Shown: one piece after another, positions 8,015 through 17,903 of the stretch
Layout: the number at the start of each line of letters is the position of its first letter
How positions within the stretch are numbered: position 1 is the stretch's first letter
Assembly: GCA_030065975.1 (NCBI GenBank)
Contig: JASJCN010000008.1
Coordinates: 1,047 to 65,046, forward strand
Length of the DNA stretch: 64,000 nt
Direction: 5' to 3'
Source of the DNA: Myxococcota bacterium
GTDB lineage: Bacteria; Myxococcota_A; UBA9160; UBA6930
The notes under the pieces: model-generated
Seen by the model: only the letters and a program-made list of their open reading frames with translations
Told to the model about the DNA's origin: nothing
Database searches by the model: none
Program-made: the position numbers and the translations under genes

Positions 8015-8749
8015 TCAATCGATGCGCAGGATCGTCCCGAAGGCCTCGAACGGAGAGGGACAGCCCGAATCGGCGCCCGGAATCAGGCCGAGCGGGCAGG
8101 CCCCACGCTCCCTCTGGGCCCGGACCCAGGCCGAGAGCACGCCCGCCTCGAGCCCGAGCCCCTCGAAGCCCGGAAGCGTCGCGAGCCCGGCGAGCACACC
8201 GGCCGGCTCCTCTCCATCCCCTGCCTGGGTGGCACACCATGCCAGCGAGACGAGTCGCTCGGACGCGACCGCCGCGAAGGCGGGAAGACATCCGGGCAGC
8301 GGCAGGTCGTGCGGCAGCAGCTCGACCACGCGCTCGGCGTCGTCGGGGCCGAGCTCGACCACGCCCTCGCTCCCGGCGTCCGCGCCGACGGGACCGAGGC
8401 GACACGCCATAGCGATCCTCTCACGCTCGATCGGCGCGTGCGATGCGAGCCGCTCGCGCAGCGTCGCCAGCCGCTCGGGCAGGCGGCCGACCCGTTCGGA
8501 CGGGGGCTCGGAACCGGGCTCGAGCGGGCGCTCGGCGCCGAGCAGCCGCGCCAGCTCACGGACCCCCGTCTCCGGAAGGTCGGCGCGCAGCCGCCAGCAG
8601 AGCCCTTCGCGCGCGAGTCCGACGAGGAGCCGCGGCACCGAGGCGTCGCCGCCCATCCGCGACGCGACGAGACGGCCGCGCTCGTCGCAGGCGTACAAGG
8701 TGCTCGACAGCAGGGACATCCAGCCGAGATCGGTGCGCGGCTCGTTCAC
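8015..8749 (-). CDS. hypothetical protein, possible GNAT-fold C-terminal half
   Basis: High GC3 and non-shadow composition. GTG start (ATG alternative 10 codons in). The function call is weak. Confidence 0.5.
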   Translation of the reverse strand: MNEPRTDLGWMSLLSSTLYACDERGRLVASRMGGDASVPRLLVGLAREGLCWRLRADLPETGVRELARLLGAERPLEPGSEPPSERVGRLPERLATLRERLASHAPIERERIAMACRLGPVGADAGSEGVVELGPDDAERVVELLPHDLPLPGCLPAFAAVASERLVSLAWCATQAGDGEEPAGVLAGLATLPGFEGLGLEAGVLSAWVRAQRERGACPLGLIPGADSGCPSPFEAFGTILRID

Positions 8750-8758
8750 GCCCCTCGA

Positions 8759-9544
8759 CTACGCCCCGGAGTTCGAGTCGAACGGATCGAAGGGCCGGAA
8801 GGCGCGGTCCTCGAAGCGCGCCGCCACGCCGATCGCGTCGAGGCAGGCGGCGGATGCGGGATCCTCCGGATAGCCGGCCGCGCGGAGCTCCCGGCCGCTG
8901 CCGCACTCGTGCAGGGTGTTCGCGATCTCGCCGCGCAGGGCCTCGAAGGAGAGGGCCGCCGCGCGCGCCTCGGGCGAGAGCGAGTCCCCGAGCCCCGAGA
9001 GCACGGCGCCCGCGCCGAGCCAGTCCTCGAGGGCGAAGCGCAGGGGGCCGTCCTCGTGATCGTCCTTGTGGCGCTCGCCGCAGGCGAGCACGGTCGCGCA
9101 AAGGGAAGGGTCGGCCGCGAGCTCGGCCCGGACGGCCGCGGCCGTCGCCTTCGCGTTCAACAGGCTCGCGGCGTAGAGCGCGCGGACCTCGCCCGCGCGC
9201 CGCGCGCAGGTGGCGCCGTTCGGCGAGGCCAGCACGATGCGCTCGCCGGGGCTCGCCGCCTCGAGGGTCGGAGGCGAGAGGGAGTAGCGGCCGGCTTCGG
9301 GGACGCGCTCGCGGCGCACGGCCGCCACCGCCCGTTCCCGCTCGGCCACGGCGAAGGGATCGTCGCTCCAGTCGCAGGGGAGGATCACGGCGCCGCGCCC
9401 CATGGCAACGGAGACGGCCGAGGAGAAGCTCAGCACGTCCACCACCACCAGCAAGTCGCCCCGCTCGGCGGCGAGCGCCGCGCCACGTCGCCCCCACTCG
9501 AGGCGCGCTCGCGCGCCGGCCTGGGAGAAGGGCCCGTCGGTCAA
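8759..9544 (-). CDS. 2-phosphosulfolactate phosphatase (ComB) family protein
   Basis: LLVVVDVLSFSSAVSVAM ... LASPNGA ... ACGERHKDDHEDG pattern resembles the ComB family. The proposed TTG start at 9544 forms a TTGA overlap with the upstream gene stop. Confidence 0.65.
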   Translation of the reverse strand: MTDGPFSQAGARARLEWGRRGAALAAERGDLLVVVDVLSFSSAVSVAMGRGAVILPCDWSDDPFAVAERERAVAAVRRERVPEAGRYSLSPPTLEAASPGERIVLASPNGATCARRAGEVRALYAASLLNAKATAAAVRAELAADPSLCATVLACGERHKDDHEDGPLRFALEDWLGAGAVLSGLGDSLSPEARAAALSFEALRGEIANTLHECGSGRELRAAGYPEDPASAACLDAIGVAARFEDRAFRPFDPFDSNSGA

Positions 9545-9852
9545 CGCGAGGCGGAGCCCGAGTCGCCCACGCCGCGGTCCGCGTAGCCGTGGCGTCGCTC
9601 GTGCACGGACCAGTTGGCCTGGGCGCCGAGGCTCCCGCTCAGCGTGAAGACGGCCACTGCGAGGAGGGTGCGAAGCAGGAAGCCCGTGTCCTGGAGGGCG
9701 TCGGGAAAGACGCCCCCGCGCATGATCTCGACGACGACCGCCACCAGCACACCGAAGGGAAGCCCACGCCCGAGGAACCCGGTCCGGAACATGAACACGG
9801 GCTTCCCGCGCTCCCGGACCTCCTTCCACTGCTCTGCGCTGTAGTTCCTCAT
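9541..9852 (-). CDS. small two-TM membrane protein
   Basis: ATG start and two hydrophobic segments (LPFGVLVAVVVEI, LLRTLLAVAVFTL). Coupled to the ComB-like gene. Confidence 0.6.
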   Translation of the reverse strand: MRNYSAEQWKEVRERGKPVFMFRTGFLGRGLPFGVLVAVVVEIMRGGVFPDALQDTGFLLRTLLAVAVFTLSGSLGAQANWSVHERRHGYADRGVGDSGSASR

Positions 9853-9899
9853 GCTGCGAGCATGGCGCGGCCGACGGCAGGTGTCATCCTGCGGCGTCC

Positions 9900-11096
9900 A
9901 TGCGACCCGTCATTCCGCTCGCGAGCTTCTGGCTCCTCTGGATGGGCGGGATGGGCCTCGTGTTCCCCTTCCAGAGCCTGTACTTCAAGGAGAACGCGGG
10001 CCTCACGGGGTTCGAGCTCGGGCTCGTGCTGGCCATCCGGCCCCTGCTCGGAATGATCTTCCAGCCCATCTGGGGCCAGGTCTCCGACCGCACGGGCCGA
10101 CGCAGCCTGATGCTCGGCCTGCTCTGCCTGGGCGCGGCACTCGGCCTCTCCCTCATCCCGCTCGCGGGCGGGCTCCTCCCCCTCATGGGGGTGATCGGGC
10201 TGACGGCCGCGTTCGGCGCGTCGGTGATGAGCGTGGGGAGCGCGGTCTCGATGGCCGCGCTCTCACCGGCCACGGAACGCTTCGGGCAGGTGCGAAGCTT
10301 CGGGACCCTGGGCTTCGCAGTGATGGTGCTGGGCTTCCCCTTCCTGCTCGATCGCTTCCAGGAGCACCGGGGGCTGGTGGCCGAGCCCGGCGGCCCGAGC
10401 GAGCCCGGGCTCGGCATCATCTTCACCATCAACGCCGCGTTCGCCGTGCTCGCCGCCATCTCCGCGTTCCGGCTGCCGGGCAGCGCGAGCCTCTCGGTGC
10501 GGTCGCGCCGGGGAGACCTGGCCCAGCTGATGCGCCACGGGCCCTTCCTCCGGCTGCTGGCCTTCTGCTTCCTCGCCTACTTCTTCAACCACGCGACGAT
10601 CCTCTTGATGCCGCTGCTGGTCGAGTCGCGCGGCGGCGGCCTCACCGAGCTCTCGCTGATGTGGATCCCGATGCTGCTCCTCGAGGTGCCGCTCGTGTTC
10701 TACTCGGGCCGGGTGCTCGGGCGCCTGGGCGGACGCGGGCTGTTGGCCCTCGGCGTCGGCGCCGACGGGCTCCGCTGGGTGCTCTGCGTGGCGGCCCCCT
10801 CGCTCGGCTGGATGTACGGCTTCCAGCTGCTCCACGGCGTCGTCGTGGTGGGCCTGATCATCGGCGTCTCGCTCTACGTGGATGCCGTCGTGCCGGAGCG
10901 CTTGCGCGCAACGGGCCAGACCGTCGTCGGCATGATCGGCATCTCGCTGGCCAGCACCCTCTCGGCCCTCACCCAGGGCGCCCTCCTGGATCGCTTCGGG
11001 ATCGATGCGCCCTACTGGTTCGGCGGGATCGGCGGAGTCGTGCTGGCCTGCCTGATCCCGGTCCTGCTCCCCAAGGCGCGCCGACCGGAGGACTAG
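9900..11096 (+). CDS. MFS transporter
   Basis: About 12 predicted TM segments and a WGQVSDRTGRR loop 2-3 motif typical of the MFS. Confidence 0.88.
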   Translation: MRPVIPLASFWLLWMGGMGLVFPFQSLYFKENAGLTGFELGLVLAIRPLLGMIFQPIWGQVSDRTGRRSLMLGLLCLGAALGLSLIPLAGGLLPLMGVIGLTAAFGASVMSVGSAVSMAALSPATERFGQVRSFGTLGFAVMVLGFPFLLDRFQEHRGLVAEPGGPSEPGLGIIFTINAAFAVLAAISAFRLPGSASLSVRSRRGDLAQLMRHGPFLRLLAFCFLAYFFNHATILLMPLLVESRGGGLTELSLMWIPMLLLEVPLVFYSGRVLGRLGGRGLLALGVGADGLRWVLCVAAPSLGWMYGFQLLHGVVVVGLIIGVSLYVDAVVPERLRATGQTVVGMIGISLASTLSALTQGALLDRFGIDAPYWFGGIGGVVLACLIPVLLPKARRPED

Positions 11097-11100
11097 CCGG

Positions 11101-12765
11101 TCAGGACGCGCCCTTCGCCCGCGCCTTGCGCGCGCTCTCGCGGATGTACTTGCTCGAGATGGGTGAGAGGTCGTCGCGGGGGACGCGGCACTCGATCAGG
11201 ACGAAGCCCTTCACCTCGTGGGCGGCACGCAGCGCGTCGCGATAGGCGCCCGCCGTCTCGGCCACGAAGCCGACGCCGCCCCACTCCTGCGCGAGCTCCG
11301 CGTAGGGCCAGTTCGGGATGTCGAGCAGCTCCTGCTTCGGCGTCACGGGGCGGAAGATCCCCCAGCCGCCGTTGTTCACGAGCACCACGATGGGGGAGAG
11401 GCCACGGCGGGGCGCGTGGGAGATCTCCATGCCCGTCATCTGGAAGGCGCCGTCGCCGCACAGCACGATGGGACGCTTGCCCGTACCGATCTGCGCGCCC
11501 ATCGCCGCGGGCACGCCGAAGCCCATCGAGGCGTAGTAGCCCTGGGCGAAGTAGAGCCCGTCGCGCAGGCGGATCTCGAGCCCGCCGAAGAGCAGGTCGC
11601 CCGACTCGGCCACCACGTGGTAGCCGCTGCGATCGGCGAGGAAGGCGTTGAGCTCGCCCAGCACGTCGTTGACCCGGAGCTTGCGCTCGGGCTTCCCGCG
11701 CAGCGGCTTCAGGCTGTCGCAGTAGGGAACCTTCTCGCCGAAGGACGGCAGCTTCTCCCCGGCCAGGGCCGTCACGAAGTCGCCGAGGCCGACGTCGGTG
11801 TAGGTGTGGAAGGAGACGTTCACGCGTCCCTCGGCCGCCCAGATGGACTTGTCGCGCTGGACCTGGGGCCGGGCGGCGCCGAGGTTCATGTCCGTGAGCT
11901 GGGTGCCGAGCGCGAGGACGAGGTCGGCCTTGCGCACGCGGTCCTGGATCGGCTTGGGGCTGAACGGGCCGATGTGGATGCCCATGTGGAGCGGGTGGTG
12001 CATGGGAAAGACGCCCTTGGCGAGCGGCGTCGTGGCGACCGGGACGCCGAGCTTCTCCGACAGGCGCAGGAAGCTCCGTTCGGCGCGCTCGCGGAAGACC
12101 TCGACGCCGCCGATCACCATCGGGCGTTTCGCCTTGCGCAGGCGCGTCACCGCGTCGGCCACGGCCTCGCCGAGCTTGCGCTTGTCCGAGGCCGGACGCG
12201 GGAAGCGCCCCTTCCAGGCACGGATCTCGGGCGGAACCGGGATCGGCACGTCGACCTTGTCGCGGTGGATCTGGAGGTAGCCCGGCCGCGACTCCGAGAG
12301 CACCCGTTCCACCACCTCGTGGACCTGCCGCGCCGCGAGCTCGGGATGCTCGACGAGCTGCGCGGTGCAGGTCACCTCGGACATGAGCCGCAGCTGGCTC
12401 CCGACGTCCTTCACCTGGTGGTGCACGCCGCCGATGCTGGCCTCGGCCTCGCCGGGGCCGCCGGAGACGACGAGGAGCGGCACCTTCTCGGCGTAGGCGC
12501 CGGCCACGGCGTTCACCACGTTGTTGGCGCCGGCGCCGTAGGTGACGCACACGACCCCCAGCCGCCTCGTGCTGCGAGCGTAGCCGTCGGCGGCGAAGCC
12601 CACGGCGGGCTCGTGGGAGAAGGTCACGATCTCGAGCCCGCGATCCCGGCCGAACTGGTGGAAGAGCGAGAGCACCAGGTCTCCCGGCAGACCGAAGATG
12701 TGCTCGACTCCGGCGCGATTCAGGTAGGCCACCAGGAACTCGCCCAGCGGCATGGTCGCCTTCAT
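11101..12765 (-). CDS. thiamine-diphosphate-dependent 2-keto-acid decarboxylase (indolepyruvate/phenylpyruvate decarboxylase-like)
   Basis: N-terminal EFLVAYLNRAGVEHIFGLPGD and TPP-binding GDGAFQMT ... NNGGW motif. Start at 12765 or 12753. Confidence 0.85.
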   Translation of the reverse strand: MKATMPLGEFLVAYLNRAGVEHIFGLPGDLVLSLFHQFGRDRGLEIVTFSHEPAVGFAADGYARSTRRLGVVCVTYGAGANNVVNAVAGAYAEKVPLLVVSGGPGEAEASIGGVHHQVKDVGSQLRLMSEVTCTAQLVEHPELAARQVHEVVERVLSESRPGYLQIHRDKVDVPIPVPPEIRAWKGRFPRPASDKRKLGEAVADAVTRLRKAKRPMVIGGVEVFRERAERSFLRLSEKLGVPVATTPLAKGVFPMHHPLHMGIHIGPFSPKPIQDRVRKADLVLALGTQLTDMNLGAARPQVQRDKSIWAAEGRVNVSFHTYTDVGLGDFVTALAGEKLPSFGEKVPYCDSLKPLRGKPERKLRVNDVLGELNAFLADRSGYHVVAESGDLLFGGLEIRLRDGLYFAQGYYASMGFGVPAAMGAQIGTGKRPIVLCGDGAFQMTGMEISHAPRRGLSPIVVLVNNGGWGIFRPVTPKQELLDIPNWPYAELAQEWGGVGFVAETAGAYRDALRAAHEVKGFVLIECRVPRDDLSPISSKYIRESARKARAKGAS

Positions 12766-12806
12766 GGCCGAGCGGCCGACCCCTTCCCGTCCCCTGGATC
12801 GCGCGG

Positions 12807-13358
12807 TCATTCGAGACCTCCTTGGAGCTCCCACCAGTAGAGGGCGGCGGCGACGAGCGCGTGGTCGATCTCGCCGCGCCGCAGGCGATCGCGCACCTGG
12901 CCCATCGGCACGAGCTCGACCTTGGTCTCCTCGTGCCCGGAGTTCGAGACCGGGCCGACCCGGCGCGCGTCCGGCGCCACGTAGGTGTAGACCCGGTTGG
13001 TGAACAGCGCCGGGTTCGGGTTGAGCTCGCCGATCGGAACCGCGCGCTCGGAGCGATAGCCCGTCTCCTCGAGCAGCTCGCGGAGGGCCGCGTCTTCGGG
13101 CGCCTCACCGGGATCGACCAGCCCGCCCGGGATCTCGAGGGTCAGGGCCTGCGCGCCGTGGCGCCACTGATGGACCATGACGATCTCGCCCTCGGCCGTG
13201 ACCGGCACGACGTTGACCCAGTCCGATGACTCGAGCCGGTAGAAGGGCACGCGCTCTCCCGAGTGGGGTGAGCGCGTCCAGGCACGACTCACGGAGAAGA
13301 CGGCGCAGTCCTGGAGCGCCTCGGTCTCGAGGACCTCCCAGGGCTTGGGTCGACTCAT
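12807..13358 (-). CDS. NUDIX hydrolase (ADP-ribose pyrophosphatase-like)
   Basis: Nudix box GGLVDPGEAPEDAALRELLEETG. Only the last 183 codons of the 927-aa ORF are credible; ATG at 13358. Confidence 0.9.
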   Translation of the reverse strand: MSRPKPWEVLETEALQDCAVFSVSRAWTRSPHSGERVPFYRLESSDWVNVVPVTAEGEIVMVHQWRHGAQALTLEIPGGLVDPGEAPEDAALRELLEETGYRSERAVPIGELNPNPALFTNRVYTYVAPDARRVGPVSNSGHEETKVELVPMGQVRDRLRRGEIDHALVAAALYWWELQGGLE

Positions 13359-13472
13359 GCGGCAGAGCCTAGGTGTCCCTTCGAGCCGCCGCCCGGGCGC
13401 GGAAGTGCGTCGCCCGGGACCACGCTTCAGGCTAGTGTCCTTGCCGCCTCCGACGGACAGGACGACCCCCTC

Positions 13473-15554
13473 ATGGCCACGGATCTGAAGCTCCCGGGCA
13501 CCGCGCAGTGGCGGCGTGGGGGGCATCTGTTCACGGTCGGCGTCGCCATCGCCTGCGGCCTCGCGGGAGCGGCCGGCGCGGTCGTCTTCCGCCTGTTGAT
13601 CCGCGTGTTCCAGGCGCTCTTCTTCGAGGGCACCGAGGGCATCAACGGCGTGATCGAAGAGGGGCTGCTGGCCGAGGCCGGCGACCCGCGCGAGATCGCG
13701 CGCGAGCTGCCATGGCAGCGCGTGATCTGGGTGCCGGCCCTCGGCGGCCTGATCGTCGGTCCGCTGGTCTGGTTCTTCGCGCGCGAGGCCAAGGGACACG
13801 GCGTCCCCGAGGTGATGGAGGCCGTCGCCCTGCGCGGCGGCATCATGCGCACCCGCGTGGTGGTGGCGAAGACGCTGGCGTCCGCTCTCTCGATCGGATC
13901 CGGCGGCTCGGTGGGCCGCGAGGGCCCGATCGTGCAGATCGGCTCGGCGATCGGGTCGGTGATCGGCCAGTGGCTGCGCGTCCCGCCGCGACAGCTGCGC
14001 ACCATCGTCGGCTGCGGTGCGGCGGCGGGCATCTCGGCGACGTTCAACGCGCCGATCGCCGGGGCGCTGTTCGCCGTCGAGGTGATCGTCGGCGACTTCG
14101 CCGTCACCCAGTTCAGCCCCATCGTGATCTCCGCCGTCGTCGCGACGGTCGCCTCGCGCTGGGCCCTCGGCAACCACCCCGCCTTCGAGGTACCGGACTT
14201 CACCCTGGGTGGGCCGCTCGAGATCCTGCCCTTCATGGCCGTGGGAATCCTGGCCGGCCTGATCGGCACGGCCTTCGTGCGCATCCTCTACGCCACCGAG
14301 GACGGCTTCAACGCGATCCCGGTCCCCGAGTGGTCGAAGGCCGCGCTCGGCGGTCTGATGATCGGCTGCATCGGGCTCGTCTTCCCCCACGCCTTCGGCG
14401 TCGGCTACAGCACCATCACCGACGCCCTGCACGGCTCGCTCCCGCTCACCCTGCTGGCCGTGCTGCTCGGCGTGAAGGTCGTCGCCACCTCGATCACCAT
14501 CGGGAGCGGCGGATCCGGCGGCGTCTTCGCGCCCTCGCTCTTCCTCGGTGCGATGACCGGCGGCTTCTTCGGCACGCTGATGAACCAGTGGTTCCCGAAC
14601 GGCTCGTCGGCTTCGGGCGCCTACGCGCTCGTGACCATGGGCGCCATGGTCGCCGCCACCACCCACGCGCCGCTCTCGGCGATCATCATCATCTTCGAGC
14701 TCACCCAGCACATCGACATCATCCCGCCCGTGATGGCCGCCTGCGTCATGTCGAGCCTGATCGCGATGTTCCTCTCGGAGGACTCGATCTACACCCTGAA
14801 GCTCAAGCGCCGCGGCGTCGACCTGCACCGCGAGGACGACCCCAACGTCCTGAAGAGCCTCTACGTGCACGAGATCATCGACAGCGAGCCGGGCGTGGTG
14901 CGCGCCAGCGCGCCGCTCGACGAGATCCTGACCCTGCTGCTCGAGGGCGACCACACCGAGGTATTCGTCACCAACGAGTTCGACGAGCTGCTCGGAGCCA
15001 TCCACTTCAGCGAGCTCCGGCGCATCGTGCTCGAACGCGAGCACCTGATGGGCGTGGTCGTCGCCGGCGACCTGCTCGAGCCGCGGCTCCCGAGCGCCAC
15101 CGAGGACGACGACCTCGACCTGGTGATGAACCTCTTCGCCAAGGGCGACTACGAGGAGATCGCCGTCGTCGACCGCGAGCACCCGCGCAAGCTCGTCGGC
15201 AGCGTCCACAAGCGCGAGGTGCTCGCCGCCTACAACCAGGAGGTGATGCGACGCGACCTGGCCGGCGGCGTGCGCACCAGCGTCGCGGTCGTGGATCGCG
15301 TGCATCAGGTCGCCCTCGGCGGAGGCTACGTGCTCCAGGACGTGGAGGCGCCGCGCAGCTTCCACGGCCGGAGCCTGCGCGACCTCGACATCCGCCATCG
15401 CACGGGCGTGCAGGTCATCCTGATCCGCCGGCCCGCCGACGGTGCCGGACGCGGAACCATCACGGTCCCCGGTCCGGACGACCGGGTCTCGGCCGGCGAC
15501 AAGCTCGTCGTCGCGGGCAGCAAGGCGGCGGTCGACGCCCTTTCCGCCCACTAG
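13473..15554 (+). CDS. ClC-family chloride channel/antiporter with C-terminal CBS pair and RCK_C (TrkA-C)-like domain
   Basis: GSGGSVGREGP, GISATFNAPIAG and GSGGSGGVFAPS selectivity motifs, followed by CBS-like and TrkA-C-like C-terminal regions. Confidence 0.92.
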   Translation: MATDLKLPGTAQWRRGGHLFTVGVAIACGLAGAAGAVVFRLLIRVFQALFFEGTEGINGVIEEGLLAEAGDPREIARELPWQRVIWVPALGGLIVGPLVWFFAREAKGHGVPEVMEAVALRGGIMRTRVVVAKTLASALSIGSGGSVGREGPIVQIGSAIGSVIGQWLRVPPRQLRTIVGCGAAAGISATFNAPIAGALFAVEVIVGDFAVTQFSPIVISAVVATVASRWALGNHPAFEVPDFTLGGPLEILPFMAVGILAGLIGTAFVRILYATEDGFNAIPVPEWSKAALGGLMIGCIGLVFPHAFGVGYSTITDALHGSLPLTLLAVLLGVKVVATSITIGSGGSGGVFAPSLFLGAMTGGFFGTLMNQWFPNGSSASGAYALVTMGAMVAATTHAPLSAIIIIFELTQHIDIIPPVMAACVMSSLIAMFLSEDSIYTLKLKRRGVDLHREDDPNVLKSLYVHEIIDSEPGVVRASAPLDEILTLLLEGDHTEVFVTNEFDELLGAIHFSELRRIVLEREHLMGVVVAGDLLEPRLPSATEDDDLDLVMNLFAKGDYEEIAVVDREHPRKLVGSVHKREVLAAYNQEVMRRDLAGGVRTSVAVVDRVHQVALGGGYVLQDVEAPRSFHGRSLRDLDIRHRTGVQVILIRRPADGAGRGTITVPGPDDRVSAGDKLVVAGSKAAVDALSAH

Positions 15555-15579
15555 GTACGGGTTGCGATAGCCTCCCTTC

Positions 15580-16338
15580 GTGGGAGCCATCTACGACGAG
15601 ATCGGCGTCGGCTACGCCGAGCTGAGACGCCCGGACCCGCGCATCGGCCGGCAGATCCAGCGGGCCCTGGGAGAGCCTCGGAGCCTGCTGAACGTGGGGG
15701 CGGGCACGGGCTCCTACGAGCCGCGGCCCGCGGAAGGTGGAAGCGCTGCGGGCCCGATGGAAGTGGTGGCCGTCGAGCCCTCGCGCGAGATGATCCGCCA
15801 GCGCTCTCCGCAGGCGGCGCCGGTGGTCCAGGCGAGCGCCACCGCCCTGCCCTTCGACGACGCGAGCTTCGAGGCGAGCCTCGCCATCCTCACGGTGCAC
15901 CACTGGCCCGATCAGACGCAGGGGCTCACCGAGATGCGCCGCACGACGCGGGGGCGGGTGGTGATCCTCACCTGGGATCCCGATCGCAAGAGCTTCTGGC
16001 TCGACGACTACTTCCCGGAGATCCGGGAGCTCGACGCCCCGGTCTCCACGCGCTTCGCGGACCTGCGCGATGCCCTGGGCCCGATCGAGACCGTCGACGT
16101 CCCCGTCCCCCACGACTGCACCGACGGGTTCCTCGGCTGCTACTGGCGTCGGCCGGAGGCCTACCTGAACGAGCGCGTGCGCGGCGCGATCTCCACGTTC
16201 AGCAAGATGTCCCACACCGGGTCCGGGCTCGCGCGGCTTCGCGACGATCTCGCCTCGGGCGAGTGGGATCGGCGCTATGGCCACCTGCGTTCCCAGGAGG
16301 AGCTCGACATCGGCTACCGGCTGGTGATCGCGGGCTAG
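15580..16338 (+). CDS. class I SAM-dependent methyltransferase
   Basis: LLNVGAGTGSY motif I and VVAVEPSREM motif II. GTG start. Confidence 0.8.
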   Translation: MGAIYDEIGVGYAELRRPDPRIGRQIQRALGEPRSLLNVGAGTGSYEPRPAEGGSAAGPMEVVAVEPSREMIRQRSPQAAPVVQASATALPFDDASFEASLAILTVHHWPDQTQGLTEMRRTTRGRVVILTWDPDRKSFWLDDYFPEIRELDAPVSTRFADLRDALGPIETVDVPVPHDCTDGFLGCYWRRPEAYLNERVRGAISTFSKMSHTGSGLARLRDDLASGEWDRRYGHLRSQEELDIGYRLVIAG

Positions 16339-16384
16339 TCTCCACCCCTCCCTCTCCCCTCCCACCGTCTGCGAAGAGGACCCC

Positions 16385-17524
16385 ATGACCACGACCATCC
16401 ATGGACACTGCGACCCGCGCTTCGAAGGCGCCCGTCAGGCCTTCGGACAGAACTTCGAGAACGGTCTCGAGGTCGGCGCGAGCGCCTGCGCCGTGGTCGA
16501 CGGCGAGGTCGTGCTCGACGTCTGGGCCGGCCACGCCGACGCGGCGGGCACCCGACCCTGGGAAGAGGACACCATCGTCAACGTCTACTCGACGACCAAG
16601 GCGATGGCCGCGCTCACGACCCTGATGCAGGTGGATCGCGGCAAGCTCGACCTGGATGCGCCGGTCGCCTCGATCTGGCCCGAGTTCGGTGCCGCGGGGA
16701 AGGAAGGCGTGCTCGTGCGCCACCTGCTGAGCCACACCTCGGGGGTGCCCGGCTGGGAGCAGCCCGTCGACGTCGGCGCCATCCTCGACTGGGATCACTC
16801 GACCGCCCTGCTCGCCGCCCAGGAGCCGTGGTGGGAGCCCGGCACCAAGAGCGGCTATCACGCCCTGAACCAGGGCCATCTGCTCGGTGAGGTGGTGCGC
16901 CGCGTGGCCGACCGAAGCCTCGGCAGCTTCTTCCGCGAAGAGGTCGCGGAGCCCCTGGGCGCCGACTTCCACATCGGACTCGACGAGTCCCACGAGCCCC
17001 GAGTCGCGGAGATGGTCCCGCCCGTCGCCGGGCTCACCGATCAGCCGACCGAGCCCGGCTCCGTCGCGGAGCGGGTGCTCGGCAACCCCGGCCTCACCGG
17101 CGACGTGGCCAACCTGCGCGAGTGGCACGCGGGCGAGGTGCCCGCCGCCAACGGACAGGGCAACGCCCGCTCCGTCGCGCGGGTCGCCGGCGTCGTGGCC
17201 CAGGGCGGAAGCGCCGAGGGCGTACGGCTGCTCGGCGAGGACACCCTGGCGCGCGCACTCGAGGAGCAGAGCTACGGGACCGATCTCGTGCTCGGCGTCC
17301 CGATCCGCTTCGGGCTGGGCTTCGGGCTGCGCTCGGAGGAGATGCCGATCGGCCAGAGCGACTCGGTGCTCTTCTGGGGCGGCTGGGGCGGGAGCCTGGT
17401 GGTGATCGACCTCGAGGCCAGGCTCGGGTTCTCCTACGTGATGAACCGCATGGGCGAAGGCACCCTGGGCGACGTACGCGGGGGGTCGATCCTCCTGCAC
17501 GTCTACGCCGGGCTCGCGTCTTGA
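16385..17524 (+). CDS. serine hydrolase of the beta-lactamase/esterase (class C-like) family
   Basis: The SxxK motif (YSTTKAM) and overall family resemblance. Confidence 0.85.
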   Translation: MTTTIHGHCDPRFEGARQAFGQNFENGLEVGASACAVVDGEVVLDVWAGHADAAGTRPWEEDTIVNVYSTTKAMAALTTLMQVDRGKLDLDAPVASIWPEFGAAGKEGVLVRHLLSHTSGVPGWEQPVDVGAILDWDHSTALLAAQEPWWEPGTKSGYHALNQGHLLGEVVRRVADRSLGSFFREEVAEPLGADFHIGLDESHEPRVAEMVPPVAGLTDQPTEPGSVAERVLGNPGLTGDVANLREWHAGEVPAANGQGNARSVARVAGVVAQGGSAEGVRLLGEDTLARALEEQSYGTDLVLGVPIRFGLGFGLRSEEMPIGQSDSVLFWGGWGGSLVVIDLEARLGFSYVMNRMGEGTLGDVRGGSILLHVYAGLAS

Positions 17525-17895
17525 TGGGCGCGCGCCTGCTCTTGCTCCTGGGCGTCGCCGCCCTCCTGGCGGGTTGCGTCGGTGGCAGTGCAAAGCGCGC
17601 CGCCGACCCCGCGGGCCTGGTGCCCAAGGACTTCGCCGGCTGCGTGCGCGGCGGCGGCCGGCTCGATTCGACGGGCCTCGTCTGCCAGCTGCAGATCAAC
17701 GAGCGCCTCGCGCCCACCGCCTTCGCCTACTGCCGCGGCACAGGCGGCGATCAGCGAGCGGTGGGCTCCGTCTCGGGCCTGCGCTCGGGAAACACCCGCG
17801 GCGACGTCTGCACGTTGACGTACCAGCGGTCCGAGGACGAGATGATCGACTCGCAGGGACGCCAGATCATCCAGGGCGAAGGGGCGCCCAACTGA
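17524..17895 (+). CDS. lipoprotein, function unknown
   Basis: Signal peptide with lipobox LLAGC. The ATG shares one base with the upstream stop. Confidence 0.65.
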   Translation: MGARLLLLLGVAALLAGCVGGSAKRAADPAGLVPKDFAGCVRGGGRLDSTGLVCQLQINERLAPTAFAYCRGTGGDQRAVGSVSGLRSGNTRGDVCTLTYQRSEDEMIDSQGRQIIQGEGAPN

Positions 17896-17903
17896 CGGGG
17901 ACC

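Noticed and set aside
13359-15590. N-terminal 744 codons of the 927-aa minus-strand ORF 12807-15590.
   Set aside because: This part is antisense to the well-supported ClC channel gene and has a low-complexity D/G/H/R-rich translation. Only the C-terminal 183 codons (NUDIX hydrolase) have a real start and motifs.
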